DNA of 50,780 nucleotides from an uncultured Rikenellaceae bacterium (GCA_964535035.1 CAZHRV010000081.1:1-50780); one strand, 5' to 3'. Positions 1-10,753 are shown, counted from the first letter of the stretch. Notes: a model not told the origin generated them from the letters alone. Numbers and translations are program-made.

Positions 1-1687
1 TTTCAGTCCCAAAGGGCATAAATATGTAGAGGATTTTGAAACAGAGACGATACCGATAAGGATATTCAGGGTTGGAGGTGTTTTGCTTAAGGTTGAAAGG
101 CTCCTGGTACATTATGAGGAACAGTTACTGGTAAGATACACTATTCTTGAGGCTACAGAGTCAATGAAGCTGCAAATAAGGCCGCTCCTTGCTTTCCGCA
201 GCATTCACGAACTTACACATGCAAACCTTGCAGCAAATACAAAATCAGAACCCGTTAAAAACGGGATCAAATCAAAAATGTATGAAGGCTTCCCATGGCT
301 GCACATGCAGTTTACCTCACCGGTTGAATTTATACATGTACCCGACTGGTATCTTGGAGTGGAATATATTGAGGAACAAAAAAGAGGGTATGATTATTCT
401 GAAGATCTTTTTACTCCCGGATTCTTTGAACTGGATGCAAAAAAGGGTGACAGTATTGTATTCTCTGCTTCAACACACGAAGAAAAACCCTCAGGATTAA
501 AGGCAAAATTCACCAGAACAGTTGCCGGTAAAATTCCACGTAACTGTTTTATTAACTGCCTGAAAAATGCTGCTCAGCAATTCGTTGAAAAACACGGAGA
601 AGATACTCTGATAATTGCCGGATATCCGTGGTTTGGATCATGGGGCAGGGATACATTCATATCCCTTCCCGGTATTGCATTGGCGCGTCAAAAGCTTGCA
701 TTATACAGGGATGTTCTTGACACTCAGGTAAAAAGAATGAAAAACGGACTCTTCCCCAATATGGGGTCAGCAGGAAATTACGCATACAATTCTGTTGATA
801 CCCCTCTCTGGTTTTTATGGACACTCCAGCAGTATGTCCTGAATGGTGGATCTGATTGTTGCGAACGTTACGGTACAGCTGCCAAATCTGTTCTGGAAGC
901 CTACAAGAAAGGTACTGCTTTTAACATCCATGTACGTGAAAACGGCCTTGTTTATGCTGATGCTCACGGGAAAGCTCTTACATGGATGGATGCCGTTGTC
1001 AATGGTGTTCCGGTAACACAGAGAAGAGGCTATGCAGTAGAGATAAATGCATTATGGTATAATGCTGTATGCTTCGCCCTCGAAATGGCAAAAGTTGAAA
1101 AGGATAATAATTTTATAAAAGAGTTTGAATATTTACCCGGGCTGATCAAACAATCATTTCTTGAGATATTCTGGGATGGAAAAAGAGGCTGCCTGGCCGA
1201 TTATGTCAATGATGAAGAGGGCAGCAATTTCTTTGTCAGGCCAAACATTGTTATTGCAGTGTCTTTACCTTACTCCATGCTTGATAAGGAACAAATGAAA
1301 TTGGTTTTGGATGTTGCTGATAAAGAGCTTGTTACACCAAGAGGTTTAAGGTCTCTATCTCCGGCTAACACGTTGTATGAAGGAACCTACTGCGGCAATC
1401 AGGAAGAGAGAGATAATGCATATCACCAGGGAACGGTCTGGCCATGGCTCTTAGGTCCTTTTTGCGAAGGCTGGCTTAGAGTGTATGGAACCCAGGGTGT
1501 TCAAAAGGTTGAGAACCTGATCTACGGGCTTGAAGAGGTGATGGCGGAGCATGGGGTAAGCACTCTGTCAGAAATACATGACGGAGATCCGCCGCATGCG
1601 CCGAGGGGAGCAATTTCCCAGGCATGGAGCATTGGGGAGGTATTAAGGATTATTGATCTTCTTGAAAATAAATATTCAAATCTTTAA
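1..1687 (+). CDS. Glycogen debranching enzyme / amylo-alpha-1,6-glucosidase (GH133-like), 5'-truncated by window edge
   Basis: The frame is open from base 2 (FSPKGHKYVEDF...), so the true start is upstream. Motifs IIAGYPWFGSWGRDTFISLPG, LTWMDA, VEINALWYNA, AYHQGTVWPW, QAWS. Confidence 0.92.
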   Translation, partial: FSPKGHKYVEDFETETIPIRIFRVGGVLLKVERLLVHYEEQLLVRYTILEATESMKLQIRPLLAFRSIHELTHANLAANTKSEPVKNGIKSKMYEGFPWLHMQFTSPVEFIHVPDWYLGVEYIEEQKRGYDYSEDLFTPGFFELDAKKGDSIVFSASTHEEKPSGLKAKFTRTVAGKIPRNCFINCLKNAAQQFVEKHGEDTLIIAGYPWFGSWGRDTFISLPGIALARQKLALYRDVLDTQVKRMKNGLFPNMGSAGNYAYNSVDTPLWFLWTLQQYVLNGGSDCCERYGTAAKSVLEAYKKGTAFNIHVRENGLVYADAHGKALTWMDAVVNGVPVTQRRGYAVEINALWYNAVCFALEMAKVEKDNNFIKEFEYLPGLIKQSFLEIFWDGKRGCLADYVNDEEGSNFFVRPNIVIAVSLPYSMLDKEQMKLVLDVADKELVTPRGLRSLSPANTLYEGTYCGNQEERDNAYHQGTVWPWLLGPFCEGWLRVYGTQGVQKVENLIYGLEEVMAEHGVSTLSEIHDGDPPHAPRGAISQAWSIGEVLRIIDLLENKYSNL

Positions 1688-1699
1688 CAGGAGAAGAAG

Positions 1700-2992
1700 A
1701 TGCGTGTGTTAATGTTTGGATGGGAGTTTCCACCGCATATTTCAGGCGGTCTGGGTACAGCCAGTTTTGGATTGACGAGAGGAATGTCCACGCTCGACAA
1801 CCTGGAAGTCATCTTTGTTGTTCCTAAAGCATGGGGAGATGAGGAGCAGGGGATTGTACGCCTGGTAGGCGCAAATAAGGTGCCGGTTGCTTTCAAACAA
1901 ATTTTTTACAAAGGGACCAGAAGACCTGTTGAAAAGATAGAAGTATCATCAAAGATTGTCCCATACATAGATCCTGAAGATTTCTGGAAACTTGTGAAAT
2001 CAGAAGTAAGCGGACACAGGCTCTTTGTCCAGACAGACGACAGGGGGATGATTGATTTCTCAGGAAGATACGACAGTAATCTGATGGATGATATCTATAA
2101 ATATTCCATAGTGGCATCAGTAATAGCCGAAGAAAACGAGTTTGACATTATACATGCCCACGACTGGCTTGCCTATCCTGCAGGGATTGCAGCAATGGAA
2201 GTTTCCGGGAAACCCCTTGTGATACATGTTCATGCCACAGATTTTGACAGAAGCGGGGGTAATGTCAATCCGGATGTTTACCGCATTGAAAAAAACGGTA
2301 TGGATGCCGCATCCAAAATAATCACGGTCAGTAACCTTACCCGTGATGTTGTAATTAATAAATATAACATTCACCCTGATAAGGTAGAAACAGTATATAA
2401 TGCCGTAGAACCTGTTCATATTGCCGACGACATAGTGGTGAAAAAGGGCTTCGATGATAAGGTAGTAACGTTCCTTGGGAGGATTACTCTTCAGAAAGGA
2501 CCGGAATACTTCATCGAAGCTGCCTATAAAGTCCTCAGAGTGATGAACAATGTACGGTTTGTGATGGCCGGTTCGGGAGATATGATGGACAGGATGATAA
2601 GAAGAGCAGCATCATTGAAAATAACCGACCGTTTTCATTTTACGGGATTTCTGCATGGAAGAGATGTATTTACAATGCTGGCTATGAGTGACGTATATAT
2701 TATGCCCTCGGTGTCAGAGCCCTTTGGAATATCCCCCCTGGAGGCTATGCAATCAAATGTGCCTGTAATAATCAGTAAACAGTCGGGTGTGGCTGAAATA
2801 CTTACCCATGCAGTTAAAACCGACTTTTGGGATATCGATGCAATGGCTGACGCTATCTATGGTATTCTTAACTATCCTGCACTGGCGCGTATGTTCATCA
2901 GAAACGGCAAGGAGGAAGTTATCAGGCTTAAATGGGATAACTCAGCTAAACATGTTAAGGATATTTATGAAAGAGTGATTTGGAAAAAATAG
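1700..2992 (+). CDS. GT4-family glycosyltransferase (glycogen/alpha-glucan synthase-like)
   Basis: MRVLMFGWEFPPHISGGLG, HAHDW, GRITLQKG, EPFGISPLE (EX7E motif); lies in glycogen cluster. Confidence 0.88.
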   Translation: MRVLMFGWEFPPHISGGLGTASFGLTRGMSTLDNLEVIFVVPKAWGDEEQGIVRLVGANKVPVAFKQIFYKGTRRPVEKIEVSSKIVPYIDPEDFWKLVKSEVSGHRLFVQTDDRGMIDFSGRYDSNLMDDIYKYSIVASVIAEENEFDIIHAHDWLAYPAGIAAMEVSGKPLVIHVHATDFDRSGGNVNPDVYRIEKNGMDAASKIITVSNLTRDVVINKYNIHPDKVETVYNAVEPVHIADDIVVKKGFDDKVVTFLGRITLQKGPEYFIEAAYKVLRVMNNVRFVMAGSGDMMDRMIRRAASLKITDRFHFTGFLHGRDVFTMLAMSDVYIMPSVSEPFGISPLEAMQSNVPVIISKQSGVAEILTHAVKTDFWDIDAMADAIYGILNYPALARMFIRNGKEEVIRLKWDNSAKHVKDIYERVIWKK

Positions 2993-3001
2993 TATTAAGA
3001 T

Positions 3002-4477
3002 ATGAGCGCAGCAGGTAAAAAAGCAATATGCTTATACTTTCAGATTCATCAGCCTTTCCGACTAAAACGCTATAGGTTCTTTGACCTTGGCCTTGATCAT
3101 TATTATTATGATGATTACTCGAATGAGTCAATAATGAGAAAAATCGCAGGGAAATGTTATCTCCCTGCCAATAAGATTATTATGGATCTCATTCAGAAAC
3201 ACAAAGGGAAGTTTAAGGTGACTTTTTCCCTTTCGGGAATAGTTATAAACCAGTTCAGGTTATATGCCCCTGAAGTACTTGATTCTTTCAGGGAGCTTGC
3301 TGAAACCGGGATGGTGGAATTTCTTGCCGAAACAGATTCCCATTCACTGGCCTCACTGAAAGACAGGGCTCAGTTTGAAGAGCAGGTAAGGATCCACAGG
3401 GAGATGATGAAAACATACCTGGGCGTTGAGACCACATCATTCAGGAATACAGAGTTAATATATTCCGATCAAATCGGTTCATGGGTTGCTGATATGGGCT
3501 TCAAGTCGATGCTTACTGAAGGCGCCAAGCATGTACTGGGATGGAAAAGCCCTAATTATCTGTACTGTAACTCAATAAATCCACGATTAAAGGTACTCTT
3601 AAGGAACTTCGTTTTGAGCGATGATATAGCTTTCAGATTCTCAAATAGAAACTGGAGCGCCTGGCCTCTGACAGCAGAAAAATATGCTTCGTGGATTAGT
3701 AAACTTGCACCCCAAAGCGAGCTGATAAATATTTTTCTCGACTATGAAACATTTGGAGAACATAACTGGAAGGAGACAGGGATATTTGATTTTCTTCTCC
3801 ATCTGCCGGGAGCAATACTTAAAAAAACACCATTTAAGTTTATGACCCCGACAGAAATTGCTGACACATTACAGCCTGTTTCTGCCATAAGTGTTCCTTC
3901 ACCCATTTCATGGGCCGATGAAGAGCGTGATATAACTGCATGGCTTGGTAATGAACTGCAGGTAGCCGCTCTCAATAAGCTATATGAATTATCTGAAAAG
4001 GTAAAGATTTGCGATAACGATGAGCAACTGGCAAAGGACTTTGAATACCTTCAGTCCAGCGACCACTTTTATTACATGGCAACAAAGTTCTTTTCAGATG
4101 GCGCCGTACATGCATATTTCAATCCATATGAGACGCCGTATGATGCATTTATGAATTATATGAACGTGCTGAGCGATTTTGAAATAAGGGTTAACAGAAG
4201 CCTTCCTGCCGTAGATGATAAGGAACAGCTCTCAAAACTCGAAGCGTTGCTGGTGGAAAAGGAAAAAATCATTGAACAGCAGTCAGATGAAATTGAAAAA
4301 CTAACTAAACGGAGGACTCCAAAAACAAAACCCGGCCGACCCTCAGCTGTAAAAAAAGAACCAAAGACCTCTTTACAGGAACTGGCTCATGAACTGCTGA
4401 CAGAATCAAACAGAAAAACTGCTGCAAAGAAAACCACATCGAAAAAAACCGGTAGTGGAACAAAAAAAACCAAATAA
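3002..4477 (+). CDS. GH57 alpha-amylase-family protein with coiled-coil and Lys-rich C-terminal tail
   Basis: FQIHQP, HSL, FRNTEL, DYETFGEH, SWAD, QSSDHFYY GH57 regions. Confidence 0.9.
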   Translation: MSAAGKKAICLYFQIHQPFRLKRYRFFDLGLDHYYYDDYSNESIMRKIAGKCYLPANKIIMDLIQKHKGKFKVTFSLSGIVINQFRLYAPEVLDSFRELAETGMVEFLAETDSHSLASLKDRAQFEEQVRIHREMMKTYLGVETTSFRNTELIYSDQIGSWVADMGFKSMLTEGAKHVLGWKSPNYLYCNSINPRLKVLLRNFVLSDDIAFRFSNRNWSAWPLTAEKYASWISKLAPQSELINIFLDYETFGEHNWKETGIFDFLLHLPGAILKKTPFKFMTPTEIADTLQPVSAISVPSPISWADEERDITAWLGNELQVAALNKLYELSEKVKICDNDEQLAKDFEYLQSSDHFYYMATKFFSDGAVHAYFNPYETPYDAFMNYMNVLSDFEIRVNRSLPAVDDKEQLSKLEALLVEKEKIIEQQSDEIEKLTKRRTPKTKPGRPSAVKKEPKTSLQELAHELLTESNRKTAAKKTTSKKTGSGTKKTK

Positions 4478-4505
4478 CTGAATCACATATTATGAAACAC
4501 TTACC

Positions 4506-7500
4506 ATGAAGGCTGATTTTATTTTCGAAACCAGTTGGGAAGTATGCAACAAGGTAGGAGGCATACATACTGTCATCTCAACAAAAGCACTTAATATTGT
4601 TGACGAAATCGGTGATAACTATATACTTATTGGTCCGGATGTATGGAGAGAAGATGTTAAAAACCCGGAATTCATACCGGATGAATCTTTGTATGCCGAA
4701 TGGAAAGGAAGAGCAGAATCGGAAGGATTAAGAGTCAAGATTGGAAGGTGGAATATTGCCGGCAAACCTGTTGTTTTTCTTATTGACTTCACTCCCTATT
4801 TCGGACAGCAAAATGAGATATTTGCATACTTCTGGGAAACCTACAAGCTTGATAGTATTTCAGGTCAGTGGGATTATGTTGAACCTGCTCTTTTCGGATA
4901 TGCTGCAGGTAAGCTTATAGAGAGTTTTACCTCTTTTTATCCTGACTATAATAATATTGTCGCCCAGTTCCATGAGTGGATGACCGGCACAGGGATTTTA
5001 TATCTTGAAAAGCAGGTACCCTGGATTGCCACATCTTTTACATCTCATGCAACAGTCCTTGGCAGATGTATTGCCGGCAACAACCGGCCATTATACGGGA
5101 AGATGAAGGAATATAATCCCGCACAGATAGCCCGTGAGTTCAACATTGTTGCAAAACAGTCACTTGAAAAATTATCAGCTTCAGTAGCAGATGTCTTTAC
5201 TACAGTCAGTGAGATAACATCGAGAGAGTGCAGCCATTTCCTGGGAAAGGATGTTGACATCGTAACTCCCAATGGTTTTGAAGATTCATTTATTCCGGCG
5301 AGTGATGTTTTTGATGAGAAAAGAGTTGCCGCAAGGTCAAAACTAAAGAGTGTTGCAGAGGCTATTCTTGGATACACCCTTTCGGATAATTGTGTACTTG
5401 TTGTAAACAGCGGCAGGTATGAATTCAGAAATAAAGGAATTGATATTTTTATTGATTCTCTTGGTCAGCTCAATAAGAATGAGAACCTTGACAAGGAGTG
5501 TGTAGCATTTATCCTGATGCCTGCATACCATAAAGGGCCGCGCCAGGACCTGGTTGATATTCTGTACAATAATGGACCTGCAAACGGGGGTGACAGGTAT
5601 CTCACTCACAGTCTGCACTATCCTGGTACAGACCCGGTGCTGCAGCAGATTCATGCCAATAATCTGAGTAATGATCAGAAGTCGAAAGTTAAGATAATCT
5701 TTGCGCCCTCTTACCTGAATGGGAATGACGGCATATTCAATTTACCATATTACGATCTCCTGATCGGCTTCGATCTGTCAGTATTTCCATCATATTATGA
5801 ACCATGGGGATATACACCCCTTGAAAGCCTGATGTTTTCAATTCCTACTGTTACAACTTTATTGTCAGGCTTTGGACTCTGGGTAAGAAAATATTTTGAA
5901 AATCCGGGTAATGGTATTGCCTTGATCGAACGTACTGACAACAATGAAAGCAAGGTCGTGTCAGATATTAAGGATTTCATATCTATGTTTATCGGTCTTT
6001 CTGAGGCAGAGGTGCTGGAGGCAAGGGAAAAAGCTCATGAGATATCAAGGATTGCCATGTGGGACAGTCTTGTAGAGTATTACTTCAAGGCATATGAGAT
6101 TGCTCTTGAACACAGCACACCAAGAAGAGAGGAACCAAGAGAATTTGCCCGATTTATAGAGGCTCCGGGTATACCTGTTCGAAAACCTCATCAGGTTCCG
6201 GTGTGGAAAGATATCTATGTTCAGAGCGACGTTCCTGAAAAACTGGCATCTCTTAATGCTCTGGCAAATAATCTATGGTGGTCATGGAACAGTAATGCTG
6301 AACAGTTATTTAAAAGAATGGATCCCTCCCAGTGGGAAGATGTAAAGCATAACCCGAAGCTTCTTCTCGAAAAGATTGATTATAAAAGACTTCTGGTTCT
6401 CGAGGATGATGAAGAGTTTGTTACCGACCTCGAAAAGACGGATAAGGAATTCATGGAATACATGAACCGCCCGGGCGATCCTGAAAAACCCTGTATAGCC
6501 TATTTCAGCATGGAGTTTGGAATACATCCCTGCCTGAAAATATATTCCGGAGGACTTGGTCTTCTTGCCGGTGACTACCTCAAGGAAGCAAGCGACTCTA
6601 ATATCAATATTATAGGAATAGGACTGTTGTACAGGTTCGGTTACTTTAAGCAGAAACTGGGACCTAAAGGAGAGCAGCTTGCAGTATATGTAGCAGAAGA
6701 ATTTTCAAGGCTTCCTATCAATCCGATAAAGGACCAGGATGGAAATAACCTGTCTGTGAGCCTGGTCTGGCCCGGCCGAACGGTAATAATACGTGTATGG
6801 GAAGCAATGGTCGGTAAAGTACGGCTTTTACTTCTCGACACCGATAATGAAGATAATACACCTGAAGACAGGACTGTTACTCATCATCTGTATGGAGGCG
6901 ATAATGAAAACAGGCTGCGGCAGGAACTTATTCTTGGAATAGGAGGGATGAGAGCCCTGGTTGCCATGGGAATAAAACCTGATGTATTTCATAGCAATGA
7001 AGGCCATTCAGCTTTTGTAAGCTTTGAGAGACTAAGAACAATGATTGATGAACATCATCTTACCTTTAAAGAGGCTGTTGAAGCTGTAAGAGCCTCAACA
7101 CTCTTCACTACTCACACACCAGTTCCCGCCGGTCATGATGCCTTTGACGAGGACCTGCTCAGGAAATATATATCTCACTACCACAGCAGGTTGAATATCT
7201 CCTGGGAAGAGCTGATGGCTCTCGGCAGATGCGAAAACGATACTGACAGGAAATTCAATATGAGCTACCTGGCAACAAGGATGTCGCAGGAGGTCAACGG
7301 CGTAAGTAAGCTTCACGGCGAGGTGAGCCGGGGAATATTCAATAAGTTGTGGCCAGGTTACCTGAAGGAAGAGCTTTTTATAGGGTATGTGACCAACGGT
7401 GTTCACCATCCTACATGGACAGCATCGGAATGGAAAGAGGTATATAAGGAGCTTACAGGAAGTATAAATTTTGACCAGACCGACAGGTCGCTCTGGGAAA

Positions 7501-8729
7501 AGCTTTACACTATCGATGATAGAAGAATTTATGAGATCAAAAAAGATCTTAAAAAGAACCTCTTCTCAAACATCCGCAAACGGCTTCAGACAAACATGAT
7601 GGAGAAACATGTGAGTCCCCGTACTCTGCTTAACATAAGCAGCCATCTTGATGAAAAGGCTCTGACTATTGGTTTTGCCAGGCGTTTTGCAACATATAAA
7701 AGAGCTTCACTCCTGTTCAAAGATCTCGACAGACTTGACCGTATTGTAAATAATCCGGATAAACCGGTTCAGTTTATATATGCAGGTAAAGCACATCCTC
7801 ATGACGGCGGGGGGAAAGACCTTATCAAAAGGATATTTGAAGTATCCCAGATGCCCCAGTTTGCAGGAAAGGTAATATTCCTTGAAAACTATGATATTGA
7901 GATGGCAAAATACCTTGTCAGGGGTGTTGATATATGGCTGAATACACCGACAAGACCACTGGAGGCTTCAGGAACAAGCGGCGAAAAGGCAGTAATGAAC
8001 GGGACAATCCATTTCAGCGTTCTCGACGGCTGGTGGGTTGAAGGCTACAGGGCATTTGCAGGCTGGGCACTTCCCAAGAAGAGGACCTTCGATAACCAGG
8101 ATCTCCAGGATGATATTGATGCTGAGACAATCTATAATATGCTTGAATATGAAATAGTACCGGCATATTACTCATTTGATGACAATGGTATTCCGGCTGA
8201 GTGGATCAGCCATATAAAAAACACCATGGTGAAGATTGCACCGGAATTTACTATGAAGAGACAACTGGATGATTACTATGAAAAATATTATTCCAGACTG
8301 TTCACGCGAAGTAAATACCTCACGAAAAATAATTTTGAAAAGGCAAAAGAACTTGCAGTGTGGAAGAAAACAATGATTGAAGAATGGGATAATATTGAGG
8401 TTCTGAATTACAGCTTTGAAAAACCGGAGGAAAATGTATATCATTCAGGCCATGACTACAAAGCTGAAATTGCACTCAATGTCAAGAAGATTCCTGAAGA
8501 AAATGTTGGTGTGGAATTTATTATTACCCACATGAACAAACAGGGTGAACATGAATTTGTTGCCAGCGAGGATTTTGAAATAATAAGCTGCAAGAGCGGG
8601 AAATGCCTTTACAGGGCAAGTCTTGTACCTGAAAAGGCAGGTACATTTTTCTATGGCATACGAATTTATCCTAAACATAAAGATCTACCCCACAAACAGG
8701 ATTTTTATCTGCTCAGATGGATTGATTAA
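4506..8729 (+). CDS. glgP: Fusion: GT3 glycogen synthase (approx. aa 1-535) + GT35 alpha-glucan phosphorylase (approx. aa 575-1407)
   Basis: GT3 motifs WEVCNKVGGIHTV, FHEW, GRYEFRNKG, PSYYEPWGYTPLE; GT35 motifs YFSMEFG, YSGGLG, NEGH, FARRFATYKR, GKAHP, EASGTSGEK (PLP lysine). Confidence 0.92.
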   Translation: MKADFIFETSWEVCNKVGGIHTVISTKALNIVDEIGDNYILIGPDVWREDVKNPEFIPDESLYAEWKGRAESEGLRVKIGRWNIAGKPVVFLIDFTPYFGQQNEIFAYFWETYKLDSISGQWDYVEPALFGYAAGKLIESFTSFYPDYNNIVAQFHEWMTGTGILYLEKQVPWIATSFTSHATVLGRCIAGNNRPLYGKMKEYNPAQIAREFNIVAKQSLEKLSASVADVFTTVSEITSRECSHFLGKDVDIVTPNGFEDSFIPASDVFDEKRVAARSKLKSVAEAILGYTLSDNCVLVVNSGRYEFRNKGIDIFIDSLGQLNKNENLDKECVAFILMPAYHKGPRQDLVDILYNNGPANGGDRYLTHSLHYPGTDPVLQQIHANNLSNDQKSKVKIIFAPSYLNGNDGIFNLPYYDLLIGFDLSVFPSYYEPWGYTPLESLMFSIPTVTTLLSGFGLWVRKYFENPGNGIALIERTDNNESKVVSDIKDFISMFIGLSEAEVLEAREKAHEISRIAMWDSLVEYYFKAYEIALEHSTPRREEPREFARFIEAPGIPVRKPHQVPVWKDIYVQSDVPEKLASLNALANNLWWSWNSNAEQLFKRMDPSQWEDVKHNPKLLLEKIDYKRLLVLEDDEEFVTDLEKTDKEFMEYMNRPGDPEKPCIAYFSMEFGIHPCLKIYSGGLGLLAGDYLKEASDSNINIIGIGLLYRFGYFKQKLGPKGEQLAVYVAEEFSRLPINPIKDQDGNNLSVSLVWPGRTVIIRVWEAMVGKVRLLLLDTDNEDNTPEDRTVTHHLYGGDNENRLRQELILGIGGMRALVAMGIKPDVFHSNEGHSAFVSFERLRTMIDEHHLTFKEAVEAVRASTLFTTHTPVPAGHDAFDEDLLRKYISHYHSRLNISWEELMALGRCENDTDRKFNMSYLATRMSQEVNGVSKLHGEVSRGIFNKLWPGYLKEELFIGYVTNGVHHPTWTASEWKEVYKELTGSINFDQTDRSLWEKLYTIDDRRIYEIKKDLKKNLFSNIRKRLQTNMMEKHVSPRTLLNISSHLDEKALTIGFARRFATYKRASLLFKDLDRLDRIVNNPDKPVQFIYAGKAHPHDGGGKDLIKRIFEVSQMPQFAGKVIFLENYDIEMAKYLVRGVDIWLNTPTRPLEASGTSGEKAVMNGTIHFSVLDGWWVEGYRAFAGWALPKKRTFDNQDLQDDIDAETIYNMLEYEIVPAYYSFDDNGIPAEWISHIKNTMVKIAPEFTMKRQLDDYYEKYYSRLFTRSKYLTKNNFEKAKELAVWKKTMIEEWDNIEVLNYSFEKPEENVYHSGHDYKAEIALNVKKIPEENVGVEFIITHMNKQGEHEFVASEDFEIISCKSGKCLYRASLVPEKAGTFFYGIRIYPKHKDLPHKQDFYLLRWID

Positions 8730-10753
8730 ATTTCAGTAGCTCTCCTTATAGGTTCTTTCTTTAAGACAAGAGCAGTCCGGGAAGGAAGATAGAGATACAG
8801 GTAGAAGGGGACATTAAGGGTCAGCCTTTCCGCTTTTTTGACAGAAGCATATATAGCAGTTCTGTCTATCCGGTCAAAACCCCCGAATGCCGGATCATCA
8901 GAATCAAGAACGATCTTAAATTTACTTTTAACAGGGATCCCGTAATCTGTGAAAGATGATACGGGATTGAAGTTGAAAACAAACAGCAGCTCGCCTCTTG
9001 AATAAGCTATAACCTTATCATGGCTATTCTCATATATCCTGTCAATATAGGGGATGTCGAGTATCTTGAAATCGTTGTGGAGCTTCACCATATCTTTGTC
9101 GAAGTTGGCAAGATAGTGGTATTTAAGATCTTTATCTTCAACAAGATGCCATTGCCTTTTGGCATATTTATAGCTCCAGTTATTTCCTGCACGAGGGAAA
9201 TCAATCCAATCCGGATGGCCAAACTCATTTCCCATGAAATTCAGATATCCGCCTGCTGATGTACTGAATGTAATAAGACGTATCATTTTAAGCAACGCAA
9301 TGCCACGGTCAATAGTAAAACTATGGTGTGATTTTGTCATCCCGGTATACATCTCTGCATCGATCATCCTGAAGATTAGTGTTTTATCACCAACAAGAGC
9401 CTGATCGTGCGATTCACAATATGATATTATTTTTTCCTCCGGACGGTGTTGTGTGAGTTCATGCATAAGCTTTCCCATATCCCACTGTTCATCGGGAGTA
9501 TCCTTAACGAGCTTTATCCAGAAATCGGGAACCCCCATGGAGAGACGGTAGTCAAATCCGTATCCATTTCTGTTTGTACCGGCAGCAAGACCGGGCATTC
9601 CACTCATTTCCTCTGCTATGGTCAGTGCTCCAGGACTGAATTCATGGATCATTTTGTTGGCGAGATACAGATAGACCAGTGCATCAATATCCTGACCACC
9701 ATCAAAATACTCATCATAGGTGGTAAAATTCTTTCCAAGACCATGGTCATAATAGATCATACTTGTTACTCCATCAAAGCGGAATCCGTCAAATTTGAAC
9801 TCCTCAAGCCAGTACCGGCAATTTGACAGCAAAAAGTGGATTACATTATCCTTTCCATAGTCAAAGCACAGGGAATCCCATGCGATATGGTTTCTACGTT
9901 CGTTGTTATGAAAATACTGACCGGGAGATCCATCAAAGAGTCCAAGCCCTTCGTTCGTGTTCTTAACTGAATGAGAATGAACAAGGTCCATTATAATCCG
10001 GAGCCCTGCCATATGGGCTCTGTCAATAAGTTCCTTTAGTTCCTCAGGTGTTCCGAAACGAGATGAAGCTGCAAAGAAATTAGCAACATGATATCCGAAT
10101 GATCCGTAAAAGGGATGTTCCTGTACAGCCATTAATTGGATAGTATTGTATCCCGCCCTGGCTATTATGGGAATAATCTTCTCGGCGAACTCATGGTATG
10201 TACCTGTCCTTTCCTCCTGAGTTGCCATCCCGACGTGAGCTTCGTATATTACGGTAGTTGTGGCCTCGTGACTGAAATTCTCAATCTTCCATTTATAGGG
10301 TTCATCAGGACTCCAGACCTGTGCGGAAAAGATCTTGGTGCTGTCATCCTGAACCACCCGCCTGGCATATGAAGGGATCCTTTCGCCCTTTCCTCCTTCC
10401 CAGTGGATAGACAGCTTAAAAAGATCCATGTGATTCAGTGCATTTAACGGAAGAGTAATCTCCCAGTCTCCATGCTGATTGATTTTTATTAACCTGTAGT
10501 CGGGTTTTTCTTCCCAACTATTGAAAGTTCCGATGATAAAAATATCTGTGGCATTGGGAGCCCGCTCCCTGAAGATCCATTGATCACCTGTACGATGAAG
10601 TCCGTAATAATAATGTCCCATTGCAAATTCAGAAAGTGAAGACTTGCCTGCCAGGTGCCTCTCTTTCTGAATACACTGATTGATACGGGCATCAATAATA
10701 CAGGTAAATGGTTTCAGCCAGCTGTCATCATTGTAAAATTTGGTGTTCCTCAT
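8726..10753 (-). CDS. glgB: 1,4-alpha-glucan branching enzyme (GH13, GH13_8-like)
   Basis: IYEAHVGM, SFGYHV, MDLVHSH, FDGFRFDGVTSM, IAEEMSG, ESHDQALVGDKT, FMGNEFGHP. Confidence 0.93.
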   Translation of the reverse strand: MRNTKFYNDDSWLKPFTCIIDARINQCIQKERHLAGKSSLSEFAMGHYYYGLHRTGDQWIFRERAPNATDIFIIGTFNSWEEKPDYRLIKINQHGDWEITLPLNALNHMDLFKLSIHWEGGKGERIPSYARRVVQDDSTKIFSAQVWSPDEPYKWKIENFSHEATTTVIYEAHVGMATQEERTGTYHEFAEKIIPIIARAGYNTIQLMAVQEHPFYGSFGYHVANFFAASSRFGTPEELKELIDRAHMAGLRIIMDLVHSHSVKNTNEGLGLFDGSPGQYFHNNERRNHIAWDSLCFDYGKDNVIHFLLSNCRYWLEEFKFDGFRFDGVTSMIYYDHGLGKNFTTYDEYFDGGQDIDALVYLYLANKMIHEFSPGALTIAEEMSGMPGLAAGTNRNGYGFDYRLSMGVPDFWIKLVKDTPDEQWDMGKLMHELTQHRPEEKIISYCESHDQALVGDKTLIFRMIDAEMYTGMTKSHHSFTIDRGIALLKMIRLITFSTSAGGYLNFMGNEFGHPDWIDFPRAGNNWSYKYAKRQWHLVEDKDLKYHYLANFDKDMVKLHNDFKILDIPYIDRIYENSHDKVIAYSRGELLFVFNFNPVSSFTDYGIPVKSKFKIVLDSDDPAFGGFDRIDRTAIYASVKKAERLTLNVPFYLYLYLPSRTALVLKKEPIRRATEI

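Noticed and set aside
83-85. TTG start for the debranching enzyme
   Set aside because: The frame is open to the window edge, so the gene is truncated
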